Positions 50,767-60,377 of a DNA stretch of 64,000 nucleotides are shown here, one piece after another (position 1 is the first letter of the stretch; each line of letters opens with the position of its first letter). The DNA comes from Christensenella sp. UBA6345 (GTDB taxonomy: Bacteria > Bacillota > Clostridia > Christensenellales > UBA1242). The translations under genes and the position numbers were made by a program. The notes under the pieces are model-generated. The model saw only the letters and a program-made list of their open reading frames with translations, was not told where the DNA came from and ran no database searches. The DNA lies in NCBI GenBank assembly GCA_002437945.1, contig DJSB01000030.1, positions 22,390 to 86,389 of the forward strand. Reading direction: 5' to 3'.

Positions 50767-52668
50767 TTATTTTGTTTCTAGTATTACAGGAATAACTAAT
50801 GGACGGCATTTAATCTCTCTAGCAAAGAACATAGTTAAATTCTTTCTAATATTAGATTTAATCAAACTCCAATCTTGAGATTTGAAATCTGCTTGGCTAA
50901 TAGTATTAATAACAATATTTTTTGCTTCTTCAATAACGTCAAGTTCGTCACTATTCTTATAGATAAAGCCCCTAGAAATAATGTCTGGCTTACTTGTTAA
51001 TGCACCTGTCATCATACTTATAGATATAACGACAACACATACGCCTTCTTCACTTAATTGCATTCTATCACGCAAAATAGTGCTACCAACTTCACTAACT
51101 CCAACACCATCAATAAGTAGACTACCACATGGTACTACACCTGTCTTTGACAATGTGTTTTTAGTAATAGTTATCTGGTCTCCAAGGTCTGGAATAAGTA
51201 TGTTCTGTTTTGGCATACCCATGGCTTCTGCAATATTAGCATGTGCTCTTAAATGTCTAAATTCGCCGTGAACTGGCATAAAGAATTTAGGTTTTAATAA
51301 TGCGTGAATTGTCTTTAATTCTTCTTGGTTAGCGTGTCCTGATGTATGAACTTCAGCAAGTGATTCATATATTACTTCAGCACCTTTTTTATATAGTAAG
51401 TTAATAACATTATTAATAGCCTTTTCATTACCTGGTATTGCTGATGATGACAAAATAATTAAATCATTTTCGCCAATTTCGATTTTGTTGAAATCGCCTT
51501 CAGCCATACGAGTTAAGGCACTACGTGCTTCGCCTTGAGTACCAGTAGATAATATACATATTTCATTGTCTGGATACTTATCTACTCTAGTAATATCAAT
51601 GGTGTTCTCTTTATTGAACTTTAAATCACCCAATTTACTAGCGGTTTCGCAAACGTTAATCATACTTCTACCGCTAAAAGCAACTTTTCTGCCATATTTT
51701 TCTGCAATATTTAATAGTTGTTGTACACGATAAATATTACTTGCGAAAGTGGCTACAATAATACGTTTTTGTTTGTTTTGTGAGAAAATAGTATCTAGAG
51801 TTTTGCCTACTTTGGCTTCACTTATACTAAATCCAGGACGTTCGGCATTGGTAGAATCTGCTGTTAATAGCAAGACACCTTTCTTACCAAGTTCGCTTAA
51901 TCTAGCCAAATCCATAACTTCATTGTCGATAGGAGTATAGTCTAGTTTAAAGTCTCCTGTATGGAAATATGTGCCTGCAGGAGTTGTTATAGCAAAACCA
52001 ACTGCACCACCGATAGAGTGAGTTACTTTAATAATTTCTATAGTAAATACACCCAATTTAATAACTTGTTTAGGTTTAACAGAAATTAATTTTGCTTTAA
52101 TCTTCTTATGTTCTTTCAATTTGTTTTCAATTAATGCATTAGTAAGTCTTGTAGCATATATAGGAACATTAACATTCTGTAATAGATATGGTATTGCACC
52201 TATATGGTCTTCGTGTCCGTGAGTAACAATTATACCCTTAATACGGTCTTTATTTTGTACTAGGTAATTGGCATCAGGTATTATTAAATCAATACCTGGC
52301 ATATCTTCTGATGGGAATGTAAGTCCGGCATCAATAACTATCATATCATTGCCGTATTCTACCGCCATCATATTCTTACCAATTTCTCCTACGCCACCTA
52401 AAAATGATATTTTTAGTGCTGGAGCAACTTTTGAACCACTATAACGTGGTGTACGTCTTTGAAATTTCTTTTCTTTTGTTTCTTTTACAGTTTCTTTTGT
52501 AAGTTCTTCTTTATTGGTGTTTTCAGAAATATCTTTTTTCTCTACTCTATTTCTATTAACTCTTTGTGTACGTGGTGCACGTTGATTACGAGTTCTTGGT
52601 CTAGGTCTAGAGTTTTGATTAACTGCACCATCTTGAACTTCAACATTGTTTTCTAATTCCGAGTTCAT
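50767..52668 (-). CDS. rnj: ribonuclease J with an approximately 80-aa basic N-terminal extension
   Basis: 633 aa. Metallo-beta-lactamase HGHEDHIG, beta-CASP and C-terminal domains. The canonical start region (KISFLGGVGEIGKNM) begins near residue 86. Confidence 0.92.
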   Translation of the reverse strand: MNSELENNVEVQDGAVNQNSRPRPRTRNQRAPRTQRVNRNRVEKKDISENTNKEELTKETVKETKEKKFQRRTPRYSGSKVAPALKISFLGGVGEIGKNMMAVEYGNDMIVIDAGLTFPSEDMPGIDLIIPDANYLVQNKDRIKGIIVTHGHEDHIGAIPYLLQNVNVPIYATRLTNALIENKLKEHKKIKAKLISVKPKQVIKLGVFTIEIIKVTHSIGGAVGFAITTPAGTYFHTGDFKLDYTPIDNEVMDLARLSELGKKGVLLLTADSTNAERPGFSISEAKVGKTLDTIFSQNKQKRIIVATFASNIYRVQQLLNIAEKYGRKVAFSGRSMINVCETASKLGDLKFNKENTIDITRVDKYPDNEICILSTGTQGEARSALTRMAEGDFNKIEIGENDLIILSSSAIPGNEKAINNVINLLYKKGAEVIYESLAEVHTSGHANQEELKTIHALLKPKFFMPVHGEFRHLRAHANIAEAMGMPKQNILIPDLGDQITITKNTLSKTGVVPCGSLLIDGVGVSEVGSTILRDRMQLSEEGVCVVVISISMMTGALTSKPDIISRGFIYKNSDELDVIEEAKNIVINTISQADFKSQDWSLIKSNIRKNLTMFFAREIKCRPLVIPVILETK

Positions 52669-52817
52669 CTTATCTCCTTTTTTATATTAAATTTTACTTA
52701 TTACATTACAAAATAGATTATTATTTTTTCAACCCAAAAAAACGAGTAAATAAATTTACACACAAAAAAACTTTTGGATTAAAAACCAAATAACCAAAAT
52801 TTTATCCTAATGAATAT

Positions 52818-52840
52818 TCAAAACACGATATATACGTGTT
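52818..52840 (-). terminator. weak terminator-like hairpin after the membrane-protein pair
   Basis: Stem AACACG / CGTGTT with an AT-rich interior, then a short U-run (TTTTG) on the minus-strand RNA. Confidence 0.35.
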
Positions 52841-53011
52841 AAGTAACAAAAAACAAAGTTATAGTATTGTAAACTAAATTTAACAATTTGTAAATAGAAA
52901 TTATGCTGATTTAAGAGAAGTTTTGTCCAAAAACAACATTTACATTTACAATTGTCTTACAAAAATAAACATAGATAATACAATTAAGTATTATTTACTT
53001 AATAAATACAA

Positions 53012-53962
53012 TTATATAATATATTTCAATGCCCTAATTGCGTCAGTTTCTTCAAGACGTTTAGGTGTAACAACAGTGTCGCTATCAACGTAGAATCTCA
53101 TACCTTGGCTAGAATAGAACATAGTCATATTAAACACTAGTATAGTGAATAAAGTTAAAGGAATAGTAATTATAAAACTAGCACCAAAAGTACATAAAGC
53201 ACATACAAAATTAACTACAAGTAATGTCAATAAAATTAATATTACTGTAGAGAATGTACGATAAAATCTTCTAAATACGGCTTTTATGCCTAATTTTAGT
53301 CCTTTCCATACACCACAATCAAAAGTAATAATTGCTGGTATCCAACCGCTAAATAGCACTATCTTAAATGCAAACAATAGCATTAGCACAATTATAAGTG
53401 TAATAGGTGCAATTAATAATAATCCTTCGGTAGTAATCACCCACCTAGCAAGATAGAAAAACAATGCGAACAACAACACATCAAGTGGTAATTGCACTAG
53501 TAAAGATGCTAATTGATATTTAAGATTGATACGAATAGAAGAAAATAAACTTGTAGTAAATCCAATCTTAATATTACTACTTAAAGAATTATACAATGCA
53601 TTGGTTGTAGCAAATTTATATATACCACTTAAAAAGGCTCTTACTACTATAACTATAAACAAAAATAATACAATGTATACCCAAAGTTTATTAATATTGG
53701 CTGCAATTAAAGTACAAAAATCTTCTATAAGTCCTACAATATTAACTAAAAGCCCATATACATTAAAATCACTACCAAACTTCTTAAATATTCCAATTGT
53801 TGTTACCAACATACCTTCTGACTCTAAAAGTTTAATTATAGGCAAACTGCATGCATATGCCAATCCCACTACAAAAATAGAAGAAAGAACAATGTATGCA
53901 AGTATCTTCCATACAAGATTAAAGTTGGATATTACGAGTTTAAATGTGTTTTTGTACATCAT
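53012..53962 (-). CDS. hypothetical polytopic membrane protein (316 aa)
   Basis: About 6-7 hydrophobic segments and a charged C-terminal tail. No recognised motif. Lies 15 nt downstream of the preceding membrane-protein gene. Confidence 0.6.
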   Translation of the reverse strand: MMYKNTFKLVISNFNLVWKILAYIVLSSIFVVGLAYACSLPIIKLLESEGMLVTTIGIFKKFGSDFNVYGLLVNIVGLIEDFCTLIAANINKLWVYIVLFLFIVIVVRAFLSGIYKFATTNALYNSLSSNIKIGFTTSLFSSIRINLKYQLASLLVQLPLDVLLFALFFYLARWVITTEGLLLIAPITLIIVLMLLFAFKIVLFSGWIPAIITFDCGVWKGLKLGIKAVFRRFYRTFSTVILILLTLLVVNFVCALCTFGASFIITIPLTLFTILVFNMTMFYSSQGMRFYVDSDTVVTPKRLEETDAIRALKYII

Positions 53963-53977
53963 AAATAATAAAACCTT

Positions 53978-54796
53978 TTAATAATAGTAACGTCTAATAT
54001 TGTCGTACCTATTAATTCTAGAAAAATCAAAATATGTCGTATATGCCATAACAGGATAATACATAAATGCAATAGCAACACCTAAAATATTGCTAATTAA
54101 TTGGAAATGAAATAAATGTCCACAAACAACTAGTGGTGTGATAAATACAAATGGTAATACAACTAGAAATACCACTTGCCATACCCTATTATTAATAATA
54201 TCACTTGCATCACTGTAACTAGTAACTACAGAATATCCGCAAATATTGGTATCAACCATAGCAAGTAAAGTTAATCCAAACAAATATGCCATAAATACTA
54301 ATGCTACCACACATAATACTGTCATAACTACAAACATAGCAACAGTTGGTGTACTACCCAACCTACCACAGATAATGTGCACCACAAAATATAGTAAGCC
54401 AAGTAATAATTTAAACAAACTATATGCAATTAAAAAGATAAACACATAAGTACATACACTTAAAAAGTTGTTATTGATAAAGTTTAATGTATTAGATGGG
54501 TTAAGGTGTCCACTCTTAAAATGATTTTCGATATTGCCTACAAGTGCTGAAAAAATTAACACAAAAATTATTGTAGCAAAAAACCAATTAAGAATATCAA
54601 TCCAATTGGACGTAAATAATGCACTTAATATATTGGCAAAATTGTTTACAACCAAATTTTTGTAATCAACCATAAAATTAAGCACAGAAAAAGGTTGCAA
54701 TAGCCCACCGATATAGAAAGATGGTAATAATACAAATCCAACTACAAATATTAAATTTTTACCTATATATCTGATTGTTTCGTTTAAATTTTTCAT
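53978..54796 (-). CDS. hypothetical polytopic membrane protein (272 aa)
   Basis: About 6 hydrophobic segments. No recognised motif. Weak RBS. This is the first gene after the prophage lysis-cassette terminator. Confidence 0.6.
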   Translation of the reverse strand: MKNLNETIRYIGKNLIFVVGFVLLPSFYIGGLLQPFSVLNFMVDYKNLVVNNFANILSALFTSNWIDILNWFFATIIFVLIFSALVGNIENHFKSGHLNPSNTLNFINNNFLSVCTYVFIFLIAYSLFKLLLGLLYFVVHIICGRLGSTPTVAMFVVMTVLCVVALVFMAYLFGLTLLAMVDTNICGYSVVTSYSDASDIINNRVWQVVFLVVLPFVFITPLVVCGHLFHFQLISNILGVAIAFMYYPVMAYTTYFDFSRINRYDNIRRYYY

Positions 54797-54963
54797 ACTA
54801 TTTACTTATAATTATCAACTATTAACATAGTTTCTACTCATAGTATATATTAAATTTATTAATTAAACAACTTTTTTACGTTTTTATAAACTTAAAATGC
54901 AGAAATTAAAGCAATATAATACTCTACAAAGGTAAAATTTAATTATTAATGTTAAAAATTAAC

Positions 54964-55010
54964 AAAAAAAGATATATCAAGTACAGAAAATTACTCACAC
55001 TTGATATATC
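54964..55010 (-). terminator. terminator closing the prophage late/lysis operon
   Basis: Perfect 12-bp stem GATATATCAAGT / ACTTGATATATC with a 16-nt loop. A T7 run follows on the minus-strand RNA. Confidence 0.8.
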
Positions 55011-55047
55011 TATAATAGTGCTTAATTACACTAAAATTGAAATATTA

Positions 55048-55389
55048 TTATTTTTTATTACTGGACTGGTCGACTTGGTCAACTTCTTGATTATTGTCAT
55101 TAGATTGGTCACAATCATTATTATGTGGATTTTCACTTATTTCTTTAGCAGTATTATCGTTTTTAGTAGCATTTTCCATATTATCGTCTTGAGATAATCC
55201 TGTTAAATCAATTTTATAATCTCCTGGGACAAGAATGCCAACTACTACTAAAAATCCACATACCGAAGTAATCAACTGATTAACCAATTCGGAGTCAATC
55301 TTGAATCCGCAAAAATTACCTATGGCCTGTATAATCAATACAACTGCACCACCAAGACTAATCCAAAACCCCGTCGTTTTTCTTTTCAT
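55048..55389 (-). CDS. phage holin (phi-LC3 / Phage_holin_1-like) with an acidic Asn-rich tail
   Basis: The start at the second ATG has better spacing after GAAGG. KTTGFWISLGGAVVLIIQAIGNFCGFKIDSELVNQLITSVCGFLVVVGILV is the two-TM pattern of that holin family (by eye). Confidence 0.65.
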   Translation of the reverse strand: MKRKTTGFWISLGGAVVLIIQAIGNFCGFKIDSELVNQLITSVCGFLVVVGILVPGDYKIDLTGLSQDDNMENATKNDNTAKEISENPHNNDCDQSNDNNQEVDQVDQSSNKK

Positions 55390-55681
55390 CTGCATTTACC
55401 TTCTTTTTTGGTTTTACTTTTAATTGGTCATTAATTAATGATGTAAAAGTATTTTCGAGTTTACCTATATTTTCTTTTACATCATCAATGCTTTCATTAA
55501 GATTAGTAACATTCTCATCTATACGATTAACTTTATTAAGAGTTTTGTTAAGTTCAAAAATAGTTTGTTGATACTTTTGTTCACGACTTTTAGAATCTTT
55601 TAACTGATAAATTAACAATGCTAAAAATAGCACTGCCCATAGTCCATTATTTAATGCCAGATTAAATATTTCTTGCCACAT
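55358..55681 (-). CDS. BhlA/UviB-family holin-like protein
   Basis: 107 aa. NGLWAVLFLALLIYQLKDSKSREQKYQQTI resembles the BhlA TM plus KERE segment, followed by a coiled-coil tail. The start overlaps the upstream stop (TAATG). Confidence 0.6.
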   Translation of the reverse strand: MWQEIFNLALNNGLWAVLFLALLIYQLKDSKSREQKYQQTIFELNKTLNKVNRIDENVTNLNESIDDVKENIGKLENTFTSLINDQLKVKPKKKVNADEKKNDGVLD

Positions 55682-56619
55682 TATCTATACTCTTCATAAA
55701 TTTTTGAATAATAATCGCCCATTTTCTTTTTAAAATCTGGGTCAGATAGCACATATTCTAGTTCTTCATCATTTAATGAATCCAAGTATTCTTTGACAGT
55801 GCTATATATTTCTTCATTTCTGGCTTTATCAATTATTTTTGAACCATATTTACCATATAAATCTACGTTCTTGATTGCTTCTTCCCAATTGTCTTTATCT
55901 ATACTATTTTTTAGTTCGTCTACCTTTTTATTAAATTCGGCTTCCTTAACTGCAATTTCATTGTTATACTTTATAACTTCATTTTCTTTTTTAGTTAATT
56001 CTTCTTGCAAAGAATTAATTTTTTCTTGAAGTTTAACCGCATAACTTATATTAAAACTATTAAGAGCATTGTCCTTTTGTGAAGATAATGCATTGAGTTC
56101 AAAATTAATAGCATTGATTTGACTAGACAACTCATCATCAAGTTTTTTATAGTCATCAATTTTACTTTTTTCAAAAGCGTCTAATTGATTAATAACTATA
56201 CTACTTCTACTTAAACCACGTTTAAGTGCTTGTGCTTCTACATTCTTGCTAGCATCGGTATAATAATCGTTAAGTTTTTGTTTTGTACTATCGTTATTTT
56301 CAATTAACTGACTTTTATTAGAATACAAATTATCTTCCTTTTTCTTGTACTCATCATCTATATTTTTTATGCTACTATTTTTATAATCTTTTAGTAGTTC
56401 TTCACTAGTTTGTTTTATTTCTTCATCGGTAGGTTTTTTATAACTAATACGTTCAAGTTCTATCTTGTCAGGCACACTTTCTTGATCAGAACTTCTATAT
56501 TTTTTTGATATACTATCAATCTTATTGTTAATCTCATCAACTTTAGATTGATTCTTTTTTGCTTTTGCTATAAGTTGGACATCTTTAGTAACATTATCAG
56601 GTACTCTATAACTACTCAT
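55681..56619 (-). CDS. phage coiled-coil protein (312 aa), function unknown
   Basis: ATG at 56619 follows AAGGGGGA. K/E/N/D-rich with heptad-like character throughout. Located between the tail-associated genes and the holins. Confidence 0.6.
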   Translation of the reverse strand: MSSYRVPDNVTKDVQLIAKAKKNQSKVDEINNKIDSISKKYRSSDQESVPDKIELERISYKKPTDEEIKQTSEELLKDYKNSSIKNIDDEYKKKEDNLYSNKSQLIENNDSTKQKLNDYYTDASKNVEAQALKRGLSRSSIVINQLDAFEKSKIDDYKKLDDELSSQINAINFELNALSSQKDNALNSFNISYAVKLQEKINSLQEELTKKENEVIKYNNEIAVKEAEFNKKVDELKNSIDKDNWEEAIKNVDLYGKYGSKIIDKARNEEIYSTVKEYLDSLNDEELEYVLSDPDFKKKMGDYYSKIYEEYR

Positions 56620-56699
56620 TAGTAATCCCCCTTCTATAAATTTCTTATAATTAAATTGTTTGATTTTTGATAAAATGTCTTTGTTTATATACATAATTT

Positions 56700-57827
56700 T
56701 TAAGTTTCCAAATTGTGTTTAATTATTGATCCATCATAATTTAATACTACATTACTATCATCTATTACAGCCGAATTGACCACATTGTTTAACTTGAATA
56801 TCTCATTAATATTAATTAATTTTTTAGTATAATCCACACCACAATCTATAATTTTTAAACATTGATTTTTAATACCAATCATATAGTTATTGGAAGTAAC
56901 TTTTCTTGCATCGTTAACTTTACCAACACCTATTTCTATAACATCTAAAAGTCTAGTAAATAAGCCATTATTAGGCACTTTGAATAGTACTATGTAATTG
57001 TGATTATTTACATCTGTACATACGAAATAAATATTATTATCTACATCATTAATTACTGTATTAATACTGACGATATTGTTGACATAACCTATCAATATGT
57101 CATGATAACTATTAATAATAACGCCATTATCATTATACGTATCTACATTGAGACAGCCATTAATTATATATGCTACAGCAAAACTTGATTCATCAATAGA
57201 GTAATTAAAAATCACTCCCCTATTAATGTTTAAATCAAGTGTTTTATTTATAGCACCTGACACAATAATATTGTCATTGTTTTTATATAGAACAATCAAA
57301 CCATTAATATAGTTAAGACTTAAAAATGTACCATTGTAAGTAGTCTTTATATCGCTATTATAATTGGACAATGTAGTATCTACAGTATTGCCATAATATA
57401 CAAAAAATTGATTTTTTAATTGTTTAACTATTGCTAAAGAATCAGGCAAAGATACTAATTTAATATTACTTAAATCATCACAAATACACTCACCTAATAC
57501 CTTTAAATTTACTTCAATATTTTCACTTATATCAAATAGAAATTTTAATAGAGTTTTACCTTGAATTGATAATGAAAATATAGTGTCAGTAACATTAATT
57601 TTTGCCATCTGTAGTACATCAGAATTGTACACTTTAAAACTAGTTTTTTTATCGCATTTAATTTCAAAATACACTTCTTTATTGGCTTCAACATTAATTT
57701 CAAAATAATTATTAGTTGTAGTTAAATTATAAGTATACATCTTTTTATTAAAGGAATATTTAACCTTACTATTGTCTAACTCTAAAGTAGATAATCGGTT
57801 GTATGCTACCTTACCATAGTTAATCAT
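56700..57827 (-). CDS. phage structural protein (375 aa), possibly tail or receptor-binding
   Basis: ATGA overlap with the upstream gene. Beta-rich and N-rich sequence. No motif recognised. Confidence 0.55.
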   Translation of the reverse strand: MINYGKVAYNRLSTLELDNSKVKYSFNKKMYTYNLTTTNNYFEINVEANKEVYFEIKCDKKTSFKVYNSDVLQMAKINVTDTIFSLSIQGKTLLKFLFDISENIEVNLKVLGECICDDLSNIKLVSLPDSLAIVKQLKNQFFVYYGNTVDTTLSNYNSDIKTTYNGTFLSLNYINGLIVLYKNNDNIIVSGAINKTLDLNINRGVIFNYSIDESSFAVAYIINGCLNVDTYNDNGVIINSYHDILIGYVNNIVSINTVINDVDNNIYFVCTDVNNHNYIVLFKVPNNGLFTRLLDVIEIGVGKVNDARKVTSNNYMIGIKNQCLKIIDCGVDYTKKLININEIFKLNNVVNSAVIDDSNVVLNYDGSIIKHNLET

Positions 57828-59350
57828 ACTAACCCCATAATAATAGTAGGATTGGATATTTCTACTATATCTTCACTACTTTCAAAATCAACCGCAATTA
57901 GTTTTCCTTTAATAATTGTTTTTAGTGTTGCAATACCATTTTTCGGAGTAAGTTTAAATGTTTTTGAGTTAGATTCAGTCCTAATAGTTATAGATAATGG
58001 GGATTTTGATTTAAGGTAAATTTCTTTAATAATTTTATATTTTTCAGGATAGCCAAAATCGCTTAATGGCGACTGCCAGCACTTTGGCAATGCAGTATCA
58101 TATACTTTACCAAAATTACCCAATTCACCTATCTTATAATTAGTACCATCATTGTACACAACTATAACCTTATTAACTTTATCATCAAGTACCGCATTAA
58201 GATTTCTAATATCGACACCACGCATAATATTTAAGTTTTTTGTTTCCAAATCAAGTTCAAGTAATGCATTGTTAACAAATCCATTGTTATTTTCGCACAA
58301 TACTTTTTTATCGTCATGAAAATTAAGATTGCATGCAAGATAATACTTGCCATTACAATAACAACTTTGACAATTAATATTCTGGGTATTGTCCAATAGA
58401 TTATCTATATTTAAATTAATTTTAGTAGTGTTATATCCATCAAAAGCATATATACCATTAGCAGTTAGCATAAGTATTTTGTCTCCACATACACATACGC
58501 TATTACCATAAATTTTTCCACTAGACACAAATAATTGAGCGACATTAAACTCGGATTGTTGAGCATATGCAGTTATGCGTGAAATACCATATTCTCTAAA
58601 AACATAAACATAATCATTAAAACTTACTACTTTATTAACTACTCCCCTGTCATCGTTAAATTTAATAAATCCTGCTTCTTCAATACTTACATTCCAGTTG
58701 GTAGGATCTAAATCATCTGAAAACCAGATTTCATTTCTATCACTATCTACTGTAGCAAATAATCGTTCGTAATGCAGACACATACTTTTAATCTTGGGTG
58801 CATTACCTACTTTTGTGGCAGTGTTTTTGGTCTGATCCCAAAAATACATACCTTGTGTAGAACATATAAGTATTGAATCTACGCCATTGAGATTATAGTT
58901 AACAATATTGGGTATATCGGTAAGATTAATACCATTAATCTGTTTAATATAATCAGATGTATGACAAATATCATAATAATAGAAATTGCCGTTAGTCGTC
59001 TGAAAAATCAACAAGTTATAATAATAAAAATTATTATGATTATCGCTACGACTTTGATTCTCTTTTCTATATAGCCAAGTAGCCTTTATCTCATAACCTG
59101 TAAAATTGGCTATACGTGTAGATTTATCTACCATAAGTACATTGGTAGGAAAATAAATTGAATTAATACCCAATCCTGTAGTTAATGCTCCACGTGAAAA
59201 ACTAAAATTATATGTATTAATTGAATGATTGATTGGTAAGATAAATTGGTCATAATCAACATTAATTCCGTTGAAGAAATTGGCATAGTTTACTTTTTTA
59301 TAAGATATGTTTTTACCTTGAAGTAATTGACGATTAACCACTATATCCAC
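57824..59350 (-). CDS. phage structural protein (508 aa), possibly a P22 gp10-like tail hub or stabilisation protein
   Basis: Size and position after the connector genes parallel P22 gp10. The repetitive beta-strand-like sequence is a weak by-eye resemblance only. Confidence 0.5.
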   Translation of the reverse strand: MDIVVNRQLLQGKNISYKKVNYANFFNGINVDYDQFILPINHSINTYNFSFSRGALTTGLGINSIYFPTNVLMVDKSTRIANFTGYEIKATWLYRKENQSRSDNHNNFYYYNLLIFQTTNGNFYYYDICHTSDYIKQINGINLTDIPNIVNYNLNGVDSILICSTQGMYFWDQTKNTATKVGNAPKIKSMCLHYERLFATVDSDRNEIWFSDDLDPTNWNVSIEEAGFIKFNDDRGVVNKVVSFNDYVYVFREYGISRITAYAQQSEFNVAQLFVSSGKIYGNSVCVCGDKILMLTANGIYAFDGYNTTKINLNIDNLLDNTQNINCQSCYCNGKYYLACNLNFHDDKKVLCENNNGFVNNALLELDLETKNLNIMRGVDIRNLNAVLDDKVNKVIVVYNDGTNYKIGELGNFGKVYDTALPKCWQSPLSDFGYPEKYKIIKEIYLKSKSPLSITIRTESNSKTFKLTPKNGIATLKTIIKGKLIAVDFESSEDIVEISNPTIIMGLV

Positions 59351-59910
59351 AACCTTGATTTAATTATTACATCTTTTTTAGGTCGCACTATGCCATTTAG
59401 TGAAGTCTTAAAACGATTATCCCAGATAGTAGCATCATCGTATATACCGTTAATATAATAATACTCTGCCACTACTCCATAGGATATAACTCTAGGATTG
59501 ATTTTGTAATTGTATAATTCGATATTGCTTGATACCATTGTTGCCGGACTAGGTGTAAATGCAAATTCTACTTCAATTTCGCCTACTGGCACTTCTAAAT
59601 ATGTAGAGTGACAAACATACTGAACATCAACACCACCACATTTAACTTTAATAATATCAACAATAGGATAAGAACTAATGCTAAAATAATTAATTTTTCC
59701 ATTTGTAGATGAAACTTTCTTTTTATCTTTAAAGGTGTAATACTCGGTAGCAATTTGATTGACAACCAAGTTGCAACATTTTATTAAAAAATCAATAATA
59801 TTTTTTTGTTCGTCAGTGGCTGTTTTTGATCCGTCAAACAATGTTGTCTCTAATAAATCTGGCATATTTAGGTATGTAGCCACATCGGTTAATATTTCTT
59901 TTACTTTCAT
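59341..59910 (-). CDS. phage protein (189 aa), possible head-tail adaptor
   Basis: ATG at 59910 follows AAGGGGG. The N-terminus MKVKEILTDVATYLNMPDLLE...DEQKNIIDFLIKCCNLVVNQI resembles gp6-type head-tail connector N-termini. Confidence 0.5.
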   Translation of the reverse strand: MKVKEILTDVATYLNMPDLLETTLFDGSKTATDEQKNIIDFLIKCCNLVVNQIATEYYTFKDKKKVSSTNGKINYFSISSYPIVDIIKVKCGGVDVQYVCHSTYLEVPVGEIEVEFAFTPSPATMVSSNIELYNYKINPRVISYGVVAEYYYINGIYDDATIWDNRFKTSLNGIVRPKKDVIIKSRLWI

Positions 59911-59921
59911 TTGACCCCCTT

Positions 59922-60287
59922 TTAATACCAAGTAGATAGATAGGCTTTACCATCAAATTCTCCCTTACTACTTGCATATTTATATATTTCATTTAATTGA
60001 TAAGTGGTCCTGTCTTTAATAGCATTTTGTTTATGCTGGTTTATACGTTGATTATTAATTTCTATCTCATTAAGACATTCTTCAACATTTTCCGACTTTC
60101 TTACATATTCAATTGCTCTACAATCTAGACAATCAAATGGTAATACTAGACATAATGTATTAGAATACTTTGAATTATGTATCTCGTACCTACATAATCT
60201 CGTATCATAAACAATGTAATAATTAACATCTAAATTTTTTATTCTTTTTGATATATCAAAGACATCATGTGTAATAATTACTTTCAT
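59922..60287 (-). CDS. phage protein (121 aa), unknown
   Basis: ATG at 60287 follows AGGAG. The longer tracked ORF would run through the post-capsid terminator hairpin. Confidence 0.55.
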   Translation of the reverse strand: MKVIITHDVFDISKRIKNLDVNYYIVYDTRLCRYEIHNSKYSNTLCLVLPFDCLDCRAIEYVRKSENVEECLNEIEINNQRINQHKQNAIKDRTTYQLNEIYKYASSKGEFDGKAYLSTWY

Positions 60288-60303
60288 ATTACTCCTATGT
60301 ATT

Positions 60304-60337
60304 AAAAAAGTATAAGGTGTGTGCAATCACACACCTT
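60304..60337 (-). terminator. hairpin and U-run immediately after the capsid gene
   Basis: Perfect 10-bp stem AAGGTGTGTG / CACACACCTT, loop CAAT. On the minus-strand RNA it is followed by ATACTTTTTT. Confidence 0.6.
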
Positions 60338-60377
60338 AATACTTAAATAACATCATAATTAAATTATTGTTTACTTA

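Noticed and set aside
54949-55197. 82-aa plus-strand hydrophobic ORF overlapping the holin 3' end
   Set aside because: It starts inside the operon terminator and is antisense to the holin tail. I considered it as an antiholin or toxin, but there is no RBS or promoter.
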